Below, one piece after another: positions 1 to 9,680 of a stretch of 53,135 nucleotides of DNA. Under the pieces are notes generated by a model that worked only from the letters and a program-made list of their open reading frames with translations, did not search any database and had not been told where the DNA came from. A program made the position numbers and the translations under genes. Position 1 is the first letter of the stretch; each line of letters begins with the position of its first letter. This stretch comes from Nanobdellota archaeon (lineage in GTDB: Archaea; Nanobdellota; Nanobdellia; Woesearchaeales; GW2011-AR9). The stretch covers positions 1 through 53,135 of the forward strand of contig JAHJGQ010000029.1 in assembly GCA_018824365.1 (NCBI GenBank). The letters run 5' to 3'.

Positions 1-35
1 AAATCCAAATATAATAAAATATAAAATAATAAAAG

Positions 36-2336
36 ATGGTGCTGGAAGAATCTAAGAATTGTTTTGATTTTGAAACTTTCCACGAAGGAGAGAACAAAAT
101 CTTAAAGATTTATTGTGAGAAGTGTACTTTTCCCCCTTCTATTGAGTATAGTAATCTATGTATGGGTAAAACAGTTGATGTGCTATTACAAGTAAATGGT
201 GTTACACAGATTACTCTTTCTCAGCAGCGTGAATATGAATATGATTATGATCAGGCAAATCTTTTAGTAGAACTGACTTCAGTCTACAAGCGCTTGAATA
301 AAGAAGAACGTTTTACTTATTCAAAGGTTGTTGTCGATCCGCTTCATGAAAGATATATCCGGGGAAGTTACGCACAATTTCAACGTTTAATTTCAAAACT
401 TCTAAAAGAAGATCCCTTGGCGGCATTTGTTGAATTGAAACGTCTAGAGACACGTGAAAAAATAAAACTTAATAATCTTATCAATCCGCGCCATTTACTT
501 AGTCAACAGAAGTATATAGCTATGATGCAGGAAGCAATTAGGATTATCGAACAGATTAAACTTATCAAATTATTGATGCCTCATACAAAAGGGTACAAAG
601 TAGGAGATAGATTAATTTATGAAAATGTTTTCCATCCTACTACAAGACCAGATTTTATGTACACTAAATTGATTACAGCTTTTCCAGAAGGTAATCTTTT
701 GGAAAGTTATGATTTTAGCGTTGATAAAGATTCATGTGAAGTGAATATTTTTTCTTTTGATGATGATATCAAAACAATGTACCACTTGACACCATCAGAA
801 TTTAAGTTTACTGAAGAAGAATATGAATTGCTTGATGATGCAAAAAGAATCATGTCTGAACATAAACCAACTAGGGAAGAATTTGTTGATCCGCAAAGGA
901 TGAGGGAAGTATTCTTTAACATCGGTAAAGATTTGATCAGTGATATTATGCAGCATAAAAACATTAATTTTGATGAAGATAAAATTGACTTGATGGCACA
1001 AGCTTTGTTAAGGCATACTGTCGGTTTTGGAATGATTGAATTACTTCTTTCAGATCCAAAAGTTCAGGATGTTAATATCAATTCTCCAAATGGTGAACTG
1101 CCAATATTTATCGTTCATCAAGATCATGGGGATTGTTATACAAATATTTACCCTACTAGGTTAGAAGTTGATAGTTGGGCTACGAAACTTAGACTTATCT
1201 CTGGAAGACCTTTTGATGAAGCAGATCCAATTTTAGATACTGAACTTAAAGTGAAAGGATTTACTTCAAGGGTATCTGCTCTCACCGCTCCATTAAGCCC
1301 TTTAGGATTGGCTTTCTCTTTTAGAAGACACAGGGATTTTCCATGGACTTTCCCGCTTTACCTGCAGCCGAAAATACGTTACATGAGTTCTCTTGCAGCT
1401 GGTCTGTTGAATTTTATCATTGATAATAATGCTACAATTCTTATAGCAGGAACAAGGTCCAGTGGGAAAAGCAGTTTACTGGGAAGTTTTTTAGTAGAGA
1501 TACAAAGAAGAGCAAGAATAATTACTATCGAAGACACTTTTGAACTTCCGCAAGAATCTTTACGTGCTCTTGGTTATAATATTGAATCTTTAAAAGTTGC
1601 TTCTGCTTTGGCTTCAAAAGAGGGTTCTGAAGTAGATCCTTCTATTGGAATAAGGTCAACTTTGCGTCTGGGAGATTCAGCAATTTTTGTAGGAGAAGTT
1701 CGTTCAAAGGAAGCTGTAGCACTTTTTGAAGCGATGCGTGTTGGAGCAGCTGCTAACGTTGTTGCTGGAACGATACACGCAGATACCCCTTATGGTGTTT
1801 ATGATAGGGTTGTCAATGATATCGGAGTTCCAAAAACTTCATTTAAAGCAATTGATATTATTGTTGTTACCAATCCGGTTATTTCTGGATTGAAAAAGTA
1901 TAAACGTATCTTGCGTGTAACTGAAGTGCGCAAAGAATGGGATGAAGATCCTCTTAAAGAGGGTGCATTTGTTGATTTGATGGTCTATAATCCTAAGACT
2001 GATCAGTTAGAGATAACTGACGATTTGATCAATGGAAATTCTGCTATACTTAAAAGGATGGCAGGAAGAGTAAAAGAATTTGCTGGTGATTGGGATGCAG
2101 TATGGAATAATATTGAATTAAGAGGAAGATGCAAGCAGGCAGTTGTTGATGTTTTTAATGAAGTTCAGGATGAATCAATACTTGAAGCTGGATTTGTTAT
2201 CAAAGCAAATGATATGTTTCATATAATCTCTAGTAAAATCAAAGATAAATTTGGCAGTTTGGATAGTGATCATATTTATTTTGAATTTAAAGAATGGCTA
2301 AGAAAAGAAGTTAAGAAAAAACAGATGAAATTATAA
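36..2336 (+). CDS. Type IV filament / secretion ATPase (FlaI-PilB-GspE-VirB11 superfamily) with a long N-terminal extension
   Basis: 766-aa ORF. Walker A-like GTRSSGKSS is followed by RIITIEDTFEL (Walker B/Asp box), GEVRSKEA and GTIHAD (His box), in the order typical of FlaI/VirB11-type hexameric ATPases. Confidence 0.85.
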   Translation: MVLEESKNCFDFETFHEGENKILKIYCEKCTFPPSIEYSNLCMGKTVDVLLQVNGVTQITLSQQREYEYDYDQANLLVELTSVYKRLNKEERFTYSKVVVDPLHERYIRGSYAQFQRLISKLLKEDPLAAFVELKRLETREKIKLNNLINPRHLLSQQKYIAMMQEAIRIIEQIKLIKLLMPHTKGYKVGDRLIYENVFHPTTRPDFMYTKLITAFPEGNLLESYDFSVDKDSCEVNIFSFDDDIKTMYHLTPSEFKFTEEEYELLDDAKRIMSEHKPTREEFVDPQRMREVFFNIGKDLISDIMQHKNINFDEDKIDLMAQALLRHTVGFGMIELLLSDPKVQDVNINSPNGELPIFIVHQDHGDCYTNIYPTRLEVDSWATKLRLISGRPFDEADPILDTELKVKGFTSRVSALTAPLSPLGLAFSFRRHRDFPWTFPLYLQPKIRYMSSLAAGLLNFIIDNNATILIAGTRSSGKSSLLGSFLVEIQRRARIITIEDTFELPQESLRALGYNIESLKVASALASKEGSEVDPSIGIRSTLRLGDSAIFVGEVRSKEAVALFEAMRVGAAANVVAGTIHADTPYGVYDRVVNDIGVPKTSFKAIDIIVVTNPVISGLKKYKRILRVTEVRKEWDEDPLKEGAFVDLMVYNPKTDQLEITDDLINGNSAILKRMAGRVKEFAGDWDAVWNNIELRGRCKQAVVDVFNEVQDESILEAGFVIKANDMFHIISSKIKDKFGSLDSDHIYFEFKEWLRKEVKKKQMKL

Positions 2337-2365
2337 ACTTGATTTTATAAATTAAATATTATAAA

Positions 2366-3403
2366 TTGAAATATCGAATCATTACCCATGGAAATTGTAC
2401 TGACGGTCTATGCTCCGCTTTTATTGTCAAAAGAAATTTTAACATTTTATTTAATAAGAACTTAACTGATGAAGAGATTAAAAGAATTGAAGTGGTTGGT
2501 CTGCAGCCTAAAGAAGTACAGTTAGGAGAGTTTGAGCTTACTGAAAATGATGTTGTTTTAGACTTGCCTCAACCCAAAAAGAAAGTTTTTTCTTGGTTTG
2601 ATCACCATTTAACTTCTAAACTTCGTAAAGAAGAATTCCCTGAAAATTATTATTGGAAAAAGATGCCTAGTTGTTGTGGTTATTTGTTAGAAATTGCTTT
2701 TGATAAAGGTTTAGAAAAAACCGAAGAATTAATTGAATTTCAGAAAGCGATTGATAAGATAGATGATGCTGATTATACAAAAAAAGACATAGAATTATGT
2801 TATTATAAACAAGACAATTATGCTTCTCCTACATTCTTACAGAAACTTCATATGGTCGGTTCTATGTATCACACTCGGGACAGAATTCTTGACGATGAGA
2901 TATTCAAGACAATCCTTTATTTAAACTTGGGAGAAACACCTTTCTCAACAGAGGAGTTATGGCAGTTAAACCCTTTAATGTTTTACATTGCACAATTAAA
3001 AAGTTATGAACTGTGGAGAGAGGATGTTGATGAATACATCTATTATGATGAAAAATCTAAGTGTGTAGTTCAGGATGATAGGAATATTAAATTTACTAGA
3101 GGTGTCTCTGATAGGTTCTATGCTTATATGAAATATCCAGAAGCAAGTTATGGGATAAATTTAAAAGTTTTTAATGAGAAGTTAGTAAGGGTAAGCATTG
3201 GTTCAAATATCTTTCATAAAGACAGATGTAAAGTAGATATAAATAAACTTTGTTTTGTGATAGGTAAAATGTTTGGTGATGGTTCAGGCGGCGGCCATTA
3301 TCATGTCGGCGGCGCTATGGTTTATATTGATAAATCTGATGAAGCATTAAAGTTTATCTTGGAAAGTTTTAGGAAAGAAAAAATTAAATTTCATTTATCA
3401 TAA
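2366..3403 (+). CDS. DHH/DHHA1-family phosphoesterase-like protein
   Basis: 345-aa ORF with a TTG start, 29 nt after the ATPase gene. Has an N-terminal HGNCTDGLCSA motif, an internal FDHH motif and a C-terminal GGGHYHVGGA (DHHA1-like GGGH). Substrate unknown. Confidence 0.5.
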   Translation: MKYRIITHGNCTDGLCSAFIVKRNFNILFNKNLTDEEIKRIEVVGLQPKEVQLGEFELTENDVVLDLPQPKKKVFSWFDHHLTSKLRKEEFPENYYWKKMPSCCGYLLEIAFDKGLEKTEELIEFQKAIDKIDDADYTKKDIELCYYKQDNYASPTFLQKLHMVGSMYHTRDRILDDEIFKTILYLNLGETPFSTEELWQLNPLMFYIAQLKSYELWREDVDEYIYYDEKSKCVVQDDRNIKFTRGVSDRFYAYMKYPEASYGINLKVFNEKLVRVSIGSNIFHKDRCKVDINKLCFVIGKMFGDGSGGGHYHVGGAMVYIDKSDEALKFILESFRKEKIKFHLS

Positions 3404-3406
3404 ACA

Positions 3407-3769
3407 TTACTTATAACAAACATCACATTTTTTTAGATGGCTTTCTAACTGCATATGGATCTGACACATCGCTTTAGAACTTTTGATGAATCTACTTATC
3501 TTTTGTATCTGTTGAAAAGCACTTTTATTATCTGTTATCTCTTCTGAAGCTTTTCTGATAAAATTTTTAACATCATCACAAAGATTAATTTCTTTAGCAC
3601 GTTTTTGTTTTGTATATTGAGAAATGGCTGGTTCAGTAACGTTAAGATAATTCGCAATCTTTTTCTGGGAAAAACCCTTTTCTTTGAGCGCAACAACTAA
3701 TTCTTTCCTGATTGCCGGAAGGACATACCACACTTCAATCTCTTGGGGATGTTTATTTGGGATTGTCAT
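3407..3769 (-). CDS. Small HTH DNA-binding protein with a C-terminal Cys cluster, coupled to iscU
   Basis: 120 aa. HTH-like GFSQKKIANYLNVTEPAISQY. Cys residues in NLCDD, AMCQIH and a terminal CDVC. Its start overlaps the iscU stop by 4 nt. Confidence 0.6.
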   Translation of the reverse strand: MTIPNKHPQEIEVWYVLPAIRKELVVALKEKGFSQKKIANYLNVTEPAISQYTKQKRAKEINLCDDVKNFIRKASEEITDNKSAFQQIQKISRFIKSSKAMCQIHMQLESHLKKCDVCYK

Positions 3770-4218
3770 TTTTCATAAACCTTTTTCGGCAAGGTTTTTG
3801 TTTTCTTCTCATAGTCTTCGATTGCAGCCCTTAAAGCTTGATCTCCTAAAACTGAACAATGAATCTTTCTTGCCGGTAAACCGCCCAGAGCTTTGACAAT
3901 ATCCTGCGGAGTTATTTTCTTTGCTTCTTCTAAAGTTTTGCCAATAGCCATTTCTGAAAGGATCGATGTTGAACTAATTGCTGTCGCGCAGCCAAAAGTT
4001 CTCCATTTACATTCTTTGATAATGTTATCCTTTACTTTAATCCACATTTTCATCATGTCACCACATGCAGGAGAACCAACTTCACCGATTCCGTCAGCAA
4101 TCTTATCATATTCTTGTGCTTCTTTATCATCTTTGATAATATTTTTGGGATTAAAAAAATGTTCTTTTACAATGTTTGAATAAAACCAATTTTGATCTTG
4201 ATTAATTCCGTCTACCAT
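3766..4218 (-). CDS. iscU: Fe-S cluster scaffold protein IscU/NifU N-terminal type
   Basis: 150 aa with the three scaffold cysteine contexts GSPACGD, FGCATAI and KIHCSVLG. Confidence 0.9.
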   Translation of the reverse strand: MVDGINQDQNWFYSNIVKEHFFNPKNIIKDDKEAQEYDKIADGIGEVGSPACGDMMKMWIKVKDNIIKECKWRTFGCATAISSTSILSEMAIGKTLEEAKKITPQDIVKALGGLPARKIHCSVLGDQALRAAIEDYEKKTKTLPKKVYEK

Positions 4219-4219
4219 T

Positions 4220-5404
4220 TTAGTTAAGAACCTCTTCTACTTTCAATCTTACTGGTGAAATTTTCCTTAACGATTCAACTATCTCTGGGAGAACTTTTAA
4301 TACTTTATCGATATCTTTCTCTTGAGTTTGTTTACCTAAAGTGAAACGCAAAGTTCCATGAGCTACTTCGTAAGGCAGCCCTAAAGCTAAGATAACATGG
4401 CTTGGATCCAATGATTGTGAAGTGCAGGCGCTGCCTGAAGAAGTACAGATTCCATACTCATTAAGATACAACATCATCGCTTCTCCTTCTATATCTAAAA
4501 AAGTAATGTTAACATTATTGGGTAATCTTTCTGTTGGGTGTCCGTTAAGGATAGTTTTAGGAATTTTTTCCTGAATTTTTTTGATAAGTTTATCTCTTAG
4601 AGTAATCAGTCTTTTATTTTCCTTCTCTTTTTCTGTTTGCGCTAACTCTAAAGCTTTTGCAAAGCCAATGATTGAAGGAACATTTTCAGTTCCGCTTCTT
4701 AATTTGAATTCTTGTCCGCCGCCATGGATTATCGGATGGATCTTAATTCCTGATTTTATGTAAAGTATTCCTACACCTTTGGGACCATATATCTTGCTGC
4801 TGTTTAAGGTCATCAAGTCGATGTTAAAGTTTTTAACGTTGATATCTAAAGCACCTCCTGCCTGGCAGGCATCTGTATGGAAATAGATGTTATGTTCTTT
4901 AGCGATCTTAGCCAATTCTTTAATAGGTTGTATTGTGCCGATTTCATTATTTGCATACATGATAGTTATCAAGATAGTATCTTCCCTGATAGCTTTCCTT
5001 AATTCATCTGAGCAGACTCTTCCGTATCTATCAACATTTAAATAAGTGATTTCAAAACCTTCATATTTTTCTAAATAATTGCAAGTTTCCAAAACAGCTT
5101 CATGTTCAATCTTTGTCGTGATGATATGTTTGCCTTTGTTTTTATTTGCCCTGGCTATTCCTTTAATAGCTAGATTGATACTTTCAGTTCCAGAGCCAGT
5201 GAAGATGATTTCTTCTTGTTTTGAAGCATTGATAAGTTTTGCAACAGTTTGTCTTGCTTGATTTAAAGCTTCTTTTGCCCTTAAGCCGGTGGTATGAAAA
5301 CTTCCTGGATTACCAAATTCTTCAGAGAAATATTTATCCATAGCTTGTCTAACTTCTTCCCTTACATAGGTTGTAGCTGCATGATCTAAGTATATTTCTT
5401 TCAT
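4220..5404 (-). CDS. iscS: Cysteine desulfurase (class V aminotransferase, NifS/IscS type)
   Basis: 394 aa. PLP-lysine context SSKIYGPKGVG, active-site loop SSGSACTS and an HTDACQA motif. Lies 1 nt upstream of iscU. Confidence 0.9.
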   Translation of the reverse strand: MKEIYLDHAATTYVREEVRQAMDKYFSEEFGNPGSFHTTGLRAKEALNQARQTVAKLINASKQEEIIFTGSGTESINLAIKGIARANKNKGKHIITTKIEHEAVLETCNYLEKYEGFEITYLNVDRYGRVCSDELRKAIREDTILITIMYANNEIGTIQPIKELAKIAKEHNIYFHTDACQAGGALDINVKNFNIDLMTLNSSKIYGPKGVGILYIKSGIKIHPIIHGGGQEFKLRSGTENVPSIIGFAKALELAQTEKEKENKRLITLRDKLIKKIQEKIPKTILNGHPTERLPNNVNITFLDIEGEAMMLYLNEYGICTSSGSACTSQSLDPSHVILALGLPYEVAHGTLRFTLGKQTQEKDIDKVLKVLPEIVESLRKISPVRLKVEEVLN

Positions 5405-5529
5405 TTAATTAACAATCGTTAAGTTTTTTTATAAATATTATGGTTATTTCTTCTTGATTAAGACGGAAACTATATAAATGAAGAAAGGTTCATTTTAAGG
5501 ATAATATAAAAGGAGTGTGTGTGGTGTTT

Positions 5530-6366
5530 ATGGATTTATTTAGAAAGAGAAAGTTTGTTTTATTTCTTATAACTATTGTATTTTTCTCTTTGACTGCTGT
5601 TTCTGTATTTGCATCTAGTGCAATTGATATTCTTTTTGAAACAACAACTTTGGAAAACATATCCCAGAATACGTTTAACTTAGGTGAAAAATTTTATGTT
5701 AATGTATATATAGATGATGATTATTTATCAATAAAAGGTAATCCTGCTTTAACTTATATCAATTTCTCCACTTCAAATAATTATATTATTTTTAAAAATG
5801 TTAGTGAAAATGGAGATTTTTATTCATATCCAGTAATTATGACTACAATTAATAATAGCAAATGTTCTACTTGTGGTTTTGTTTTCATGAAAGAAAGTGA
5901 AGATAAAATTGGTACGGGTAGTAAAACATTATTATTTAAAACACTTGTCCAAGGAAAATTAATTGGTACTTCTGGATTTTATGCTTCTGATGCCAAATTC
6001 ACTAATGGACCTAATTACCATCCTTATAATCCTCCAAAATCAACTAGTATTACAATAACCTCATGCACATTAACAACTTGTGTTCAAGAACGGAAAGAAT
6101 GTGGAATTATTAATGATGGTTGTGGAGAAGCAGAATATTGTGGGATATGTTCTGAAGGAAAGTCATGTGTAAACGGAACTTGTGAATATGTAACTACATC
6201 TAATTCCCAAAAAGATAAAGATCAAATAGATAAGTTTTCTCAAGCTCCATTTAAAGATAAAACCTTACTGAAAACTTTGTTGGATATAATTGCCGATAGT
6301 AATAAAATAACAACAGAGAAATTAATTTCAATTGTTAATGCTCTTAAAGAATATTTTAATATATAA
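5530..6366 (+). CDS. Secreted protein: N-terminal beta-sandwich (cohesin-like?) region, Cys-rich module, conserved C-terminal helical tail
   Basis: The ATG at 5530 gives a Sec-type signal peptide (MDLFRKRKFVLFLITIVFFSLTAVSVFASSA). Cys-rich block CGIINDGCGEAEYCGICSEGKSCVNGTCEY. Paralog of the next gene. Confidence 0.7.
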   Translation: MDLFRKRKFVLFLITIVFFSLTAVSVFASSAIDILFETTTLENISQNTFNLGEKFYVNVYIDDDYLSIKGNPALTYINFSTSNNYIIFKNVSENGDFYSYPVIMTTINNSKCSTCGFVFMKESEDKIGTGSKTLLFKTLVQGKLIGTSGFYASDAKFTNGPNYHPYNPPKSTSITITSCTLTTCVQERKECGIINDGCGEAEYCGICSEGKSCVNGTCEYVTTSNSQKDKDQIDKFSQAPFKDKTLLKTLLDIIADSNKITTEKLISIVNALKEYFNI

Positions 6367-6367
6367 A

Positions 6368-7198
6368 ATGAAAAAAACAATTATCATGGTTGCATTGATC
6401 TTTTTATTAGTAAATTCTTTTTCTGTTTTAGCTGGTCAGATAAATTTATCCATAGAAACTACTACTTTAGACGATCAACCGCAAGATACTTTCATGGTTG
6501 GTGAGAAGTTAAAAGTAAATGTTTATGTTAATGATAGTGGATATAATTTAAATGATGCATATTTATTAATGGAAATAGTTAATCCGGATGTAATTGGGTT
6601 TGTTGATGGCGGCGTTAATGGAGAAATTTATCCAGATCCGGTAGAAATGGAACTTTATCCAAAATTAATAAATAACGTAATCTGTCCAGATTGTGGATGG
6701 GCTTTTAAGAAAGTTTCTCTTCAAAGTCTAATACCTGGAGTAAATAACAAAAGATTATTATTTACAGCAATTGCTAAAACAAAATCAGTTGGCATTTCAT
6801 ATGCAATGGTTGCTGATCCTCCAACTCAATTTGTTGGTCATACTTTTATTGTACCAACATCAACAAAAATTGTAGTTAATCCTTGTAAATTAACTACTTG
6901 TAAAATTGTAGCAGAGAGTGGAGCAGAGGTTTGTGGTATTATTTATGATGGTTGCGGAGGGATTGAAGATTGTGGATCCTGTTCTGGAGGCAAAACTTGT
7001 GTTGAGGGATATTGTAAATTTATCACCACGTCAGATTCTGCAAATGAGAAAGCTCAACTAGACAAATTTTCCTTAGCTTCACAACCAAACAAATCTTTAC
7101 TTGAAAATTTATTAAATATTATTACTAACCAAAACGCATCATTATTACAAAAACTCTCAGCAATCGCTACTGCACTGAAAACTTATTTTAATATCTAA
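6368..7198 (+). CDS. Secreted paralog of 5530..6366
   Basis: The ATG at 6368 lies 1 nt after the previous stop. Signal peptide MKKTIIMVALIFLLVNSFSVLAG. Cys-rich block CGIIYDGCGGIEDCGSCSGGKTCVEGYCKF. The C-terminal tail aligns without gaps to the upstream paralog and ends in the same YFNI. Confidence 0.7.
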   Translation: MKKTIIMVALIFLLVNSFSVLAGQINLSIETTTLDDQPQDTFMVGEKLKVNVYVNDSGYNLNDAYLLMEIVNPDVIGFVDGGVNGEIYPDPVEMELYPKLINNVICPDCGWAFKKVSLQSLIPGVNNKRLLFTAIAKTKSVGISYAMVADPPTQFVGHTFIVPTSTKIVVNPCKLTTCKIVAESGAEVCGIIYDGCGGIEDCGSCSGGKTCVEGYCKFITTSDSANEKAQLDKFSLASQPNKSLLENLLNIITNQNASLLQKLSAIATALKTYFNI

Positions 7199-7217
7199 GA
7201 AGGGGAAATAATAAAAG

Positions 7218-9677
7218 GTGACAACTAAGAGAAAAAAGAGGGTGTATAAGAAACTGCCTCCTCACTCTAATGAACCATTTCCAATAACTACTGCTGGTGA
7301 GGTGAATAAACAATTTGTTATTACTATTATATCTGTTGTAGCAATTATTGCTTTGTCTATGTTGTTATTTTTCTCAGACCGTTTTGTTGGAAAAGCTATT
7401 TCTTTTACTACACCTCAAATAAATGATGCTGGTTTTTTTATTGACTCAAATAGTAATACTATTGAAGTAGGAGAAATATTTACTCTTCCAGTTCAGGTTA
7501 ATTTAGGAGGGAAGAATTCTTCAATGGTTTCTTTTGAATTAATTTATGATGATACTGCTCTAACTGCAGATTGTTCATATCTATTTAATTCTTTAGATAC
7601 AATTTTTCCTTCTAACTTAGTTCTTATTAAAGAGTCTTACTGCCAGAATGGAAAAGTCAATCTTACATTTGCTGCTCTTCCTAGCCCGAGTAAATTTATA
7701 ACTGGAGAAAAAACAATTGCAGAGATAAATTTCACTGCAAATACTTTAGGTGAAACCAGCTTAAATTTTACTTTTATTGATGTCTATGACCTTGCCAATT
7801 CAGGTTTAATCCCGCTTACTGTACAGAATGCAACTATTGAAGTTGTTCAGCCACCTCAATGTATTAATCCTAATTCTGGGTTAATAAGTTGGTGGTCTGG
7901 CAATGGTACGGAAGATAAAACTGGCAAGAATGCTATTACTAAAGTTGGGGGCAATACTCAATTTGTGAACGGAAAAATAGGGAAAGCTTTTAGTCTTGAT
8001 GGTAATGGAGATTATTTGGAAATTGAGAATAATCCCTCTTTAAATCCTTCTTCAATAACTATAGGTTCTTGGATAAACCCAACTGTGACAAATACTTTTC
8101 AAAGGATTGTTTCTAAAGGAACAGTAGTAGATCTGTATATGACTGATAGTGGTCTTTTAAGGGGGGGGATAGTCCGTAAAGGTGAATATTCTACACCTAT
8201 TCCTGGAAAAAATGTTCCTATCACATCAAATCAATGGAGTTATGTAGCTCTTACTTATGATGAACTAACAGGCATGGGTAAAATTTATCTTAATGGTGTT
8301 GAGGTTGGAGGGATAGATTTAAAAGATAATGTTCCTTTAAGTTCATCTCCAATTAATTTTAATATTGGGCGAAGTTCTAATGGAAATTATTTTCAAGGAT
8401 TAATAGATGAGGTTGAGATATATAATGAGTCTCTTTCAGCTCAAGAAGTTAAAAGTATTTTTGATGCTGGTTCAGTAGGGAAATGTGAATTAGATGAGAA
8501 ATGTGGTGATGGTATAAAAGGGAGTTCTGAGCAATGCGACGATGGTAACAATGTAAATGGAGATAATTGTAGCTCTAGTTGTTTAATTGAAATAAATGTG
8601 TGTAATGCATTCATAGCTAGTTGTACACAAGATCAACAACTATTACAATATTGTAATGATTGGGGAACTGGTTATAAGAGTATTGTTAATTGTAGTACTT
8701 TGGGCCAGAGTTGTATTAACGGAAAATGTGATTGGGTTTGTGGTGATGGTATAAAAGGGAGTTCTGAAGGATGTGATGATGATAATACTAATGATGGGGA
8801 TGGTTGTTCGTCAAGTTGTATTGTTGAACAGGGCTATACTTGTTCGGGAACTCCTAGTAGTTGTTCACTCATGCCTCCTTGTATTGATTTAGATGGTGAT
8901 GGATCTAATAACCAAATCTGTGGTGGAGATTGTGACGACAACAATTCCAACATAAACCCAAGTGCAACAGAAGTATGTAACAACGTTGATGATAATTGCA
9001 ATAATCAAGTTGATGAAAGTATAACTCAACTTTGTTCTACTGGACTATTAGGAGTATGCTCAGTAGGAACTCAAACTTGTAAAGCAGGATTATATGAACA
9101 ATGTACTCAAAATGTTCAACCAAGCACAGATGTCTGCGATGGTTTAGATAACGATTGTGATAACACAAAAGATGAAGATTTCACTTCCCAACCAACTACT
9201 TGCGGCAAGGGAGTATGTGCATCAACTGGAACAACTTCTTGTAGTAATGGTAAAGAAACAAACAGCTGTACTCCTAAATCTCCAACAGAAACTCTTGAAA
9301 CAAGTTGTAAAGATAATCTTGACAATGACTGTGATGGTTTAACAGATAATATTGATCCTGATTGTGGAGCAGTTTTAGGAATAACTGTAGAAGGATCAGG
9401 AATAAACTTAACTGATGCAGATGGAAATAACTTCACAACAATAGTAACCGCAACCGTTAATCTAACAAATACTCCCTTAACCATTGTTACTGTTCTATAC
9501 GATAAAGATGATAAAGTCCTTTATCTTAAAACTCAACAGATAACTGGTTTGAATAAAGGAGAAACTCAAGTTGAAATAGTTGATTATTCAAAAACTGAAG
9601 TAAAAAGAAAAAGGGTAATTGTTTATGATAAAGAGGAAAACCCGGGAGTTTATGCTCAGATGATAATAGATTACTAA
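7218..9677 (+). CDS. Large surface protein: N-terminal TM/signal anchor, cohesin-like domain, LamG/concanavalin-like lectin domain, Cys-rich repeats
   Basis: 819 aa with a GTG start. Cohesin-like segment EVGEIFTLPVQVNLGG...SFELIYDDTALTAD...IAEINFTANTLGETSLNF. LamG-like segment GKAFSLDGNGDYLEIENNP...GLIDEVEIYNESLSAQEV. Two CGDGIKGSSExCDDxNxxxGDxCSSSC repeats. Several CDDNxxxINP...CNxVDDNC / CDGLDNDCD repeats. Confidence 0.8.
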   Translation: MTTKRKKRVYKKLPPHSNEPFPITTAGEVNKQFVITIISVVAIIALSMLLFFSDRFVGKAISFTTPQINDAGFFIDSNSNTIEVGEIFTLPVQVNLGGKNSSMVSFELIYDDTALTADCSYLFNSLDTIFPSNLVLIKESYCQNGKVNLTFAALPSPSKFITGEKTIAEINFTANTLGETSLNFTFIDVYDLANSGLIPLTVQNATIEVVQPPQCINPNSGLISWWSGNGTEDKTGKNAITKVGGNTQFVNGKIGKAFSLDGNGDYLEIENNPSLNPSSITIGSWINPTVTNTFQRIVSKGTVVDLYMTDSGLLRGGIVRKGEYSTPIPGKNVPITSNQWSYVALTYDELTGMGKIYLNGVEVGGIDLKDNVPLSSSPINFNIGRSSNGNYFQGLIDEVEIYNESLSAQEVKSIFDAGSVGKCELDEKCGDGIKGSSEQCDDGNNVNGDNCSSSCLIEINVCNAFIASCTQDQQLLQYCNDWGTGYKSIVNCSTLGQSCINGKCDWVCGDGIKGSSEGCDDDNTNDGDGCSSSCIVEQGYTCSGTPSSCSLMPPCIDLDGDGSNNQICGGDCDDNNSNINPSATEVCNNVDDNCNNQVDESITQLCSTGLLGVCSVGTQTCKAGLYEQCTQNVQPSTDVCDGLDNDCDNTKDEDFTSQPTTCGKGVCASTGTTSCSNGKETNSCTPKSPTETLETSCKDNLDNDCDGLTDNIDPDCGAVLGITVEGSGINLTDADGNNFTTIVTATVNLTNTPLTIVTVLYDKDDKVLYLKTQQITGLNKGETQVEIVDYSKTEVKRKRVIVYDKEENPGVYAQMIIDY

Positions 9678-9680
9678 AAA

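Noticed and set aside
6332-6367. Upstream extension of the second paralog that overlaps the first gene
   Set aside because: The ATG at 6368 gives a canonical signal peptide directly after the upstream stop, so the 12-codon extension is unnecessary.
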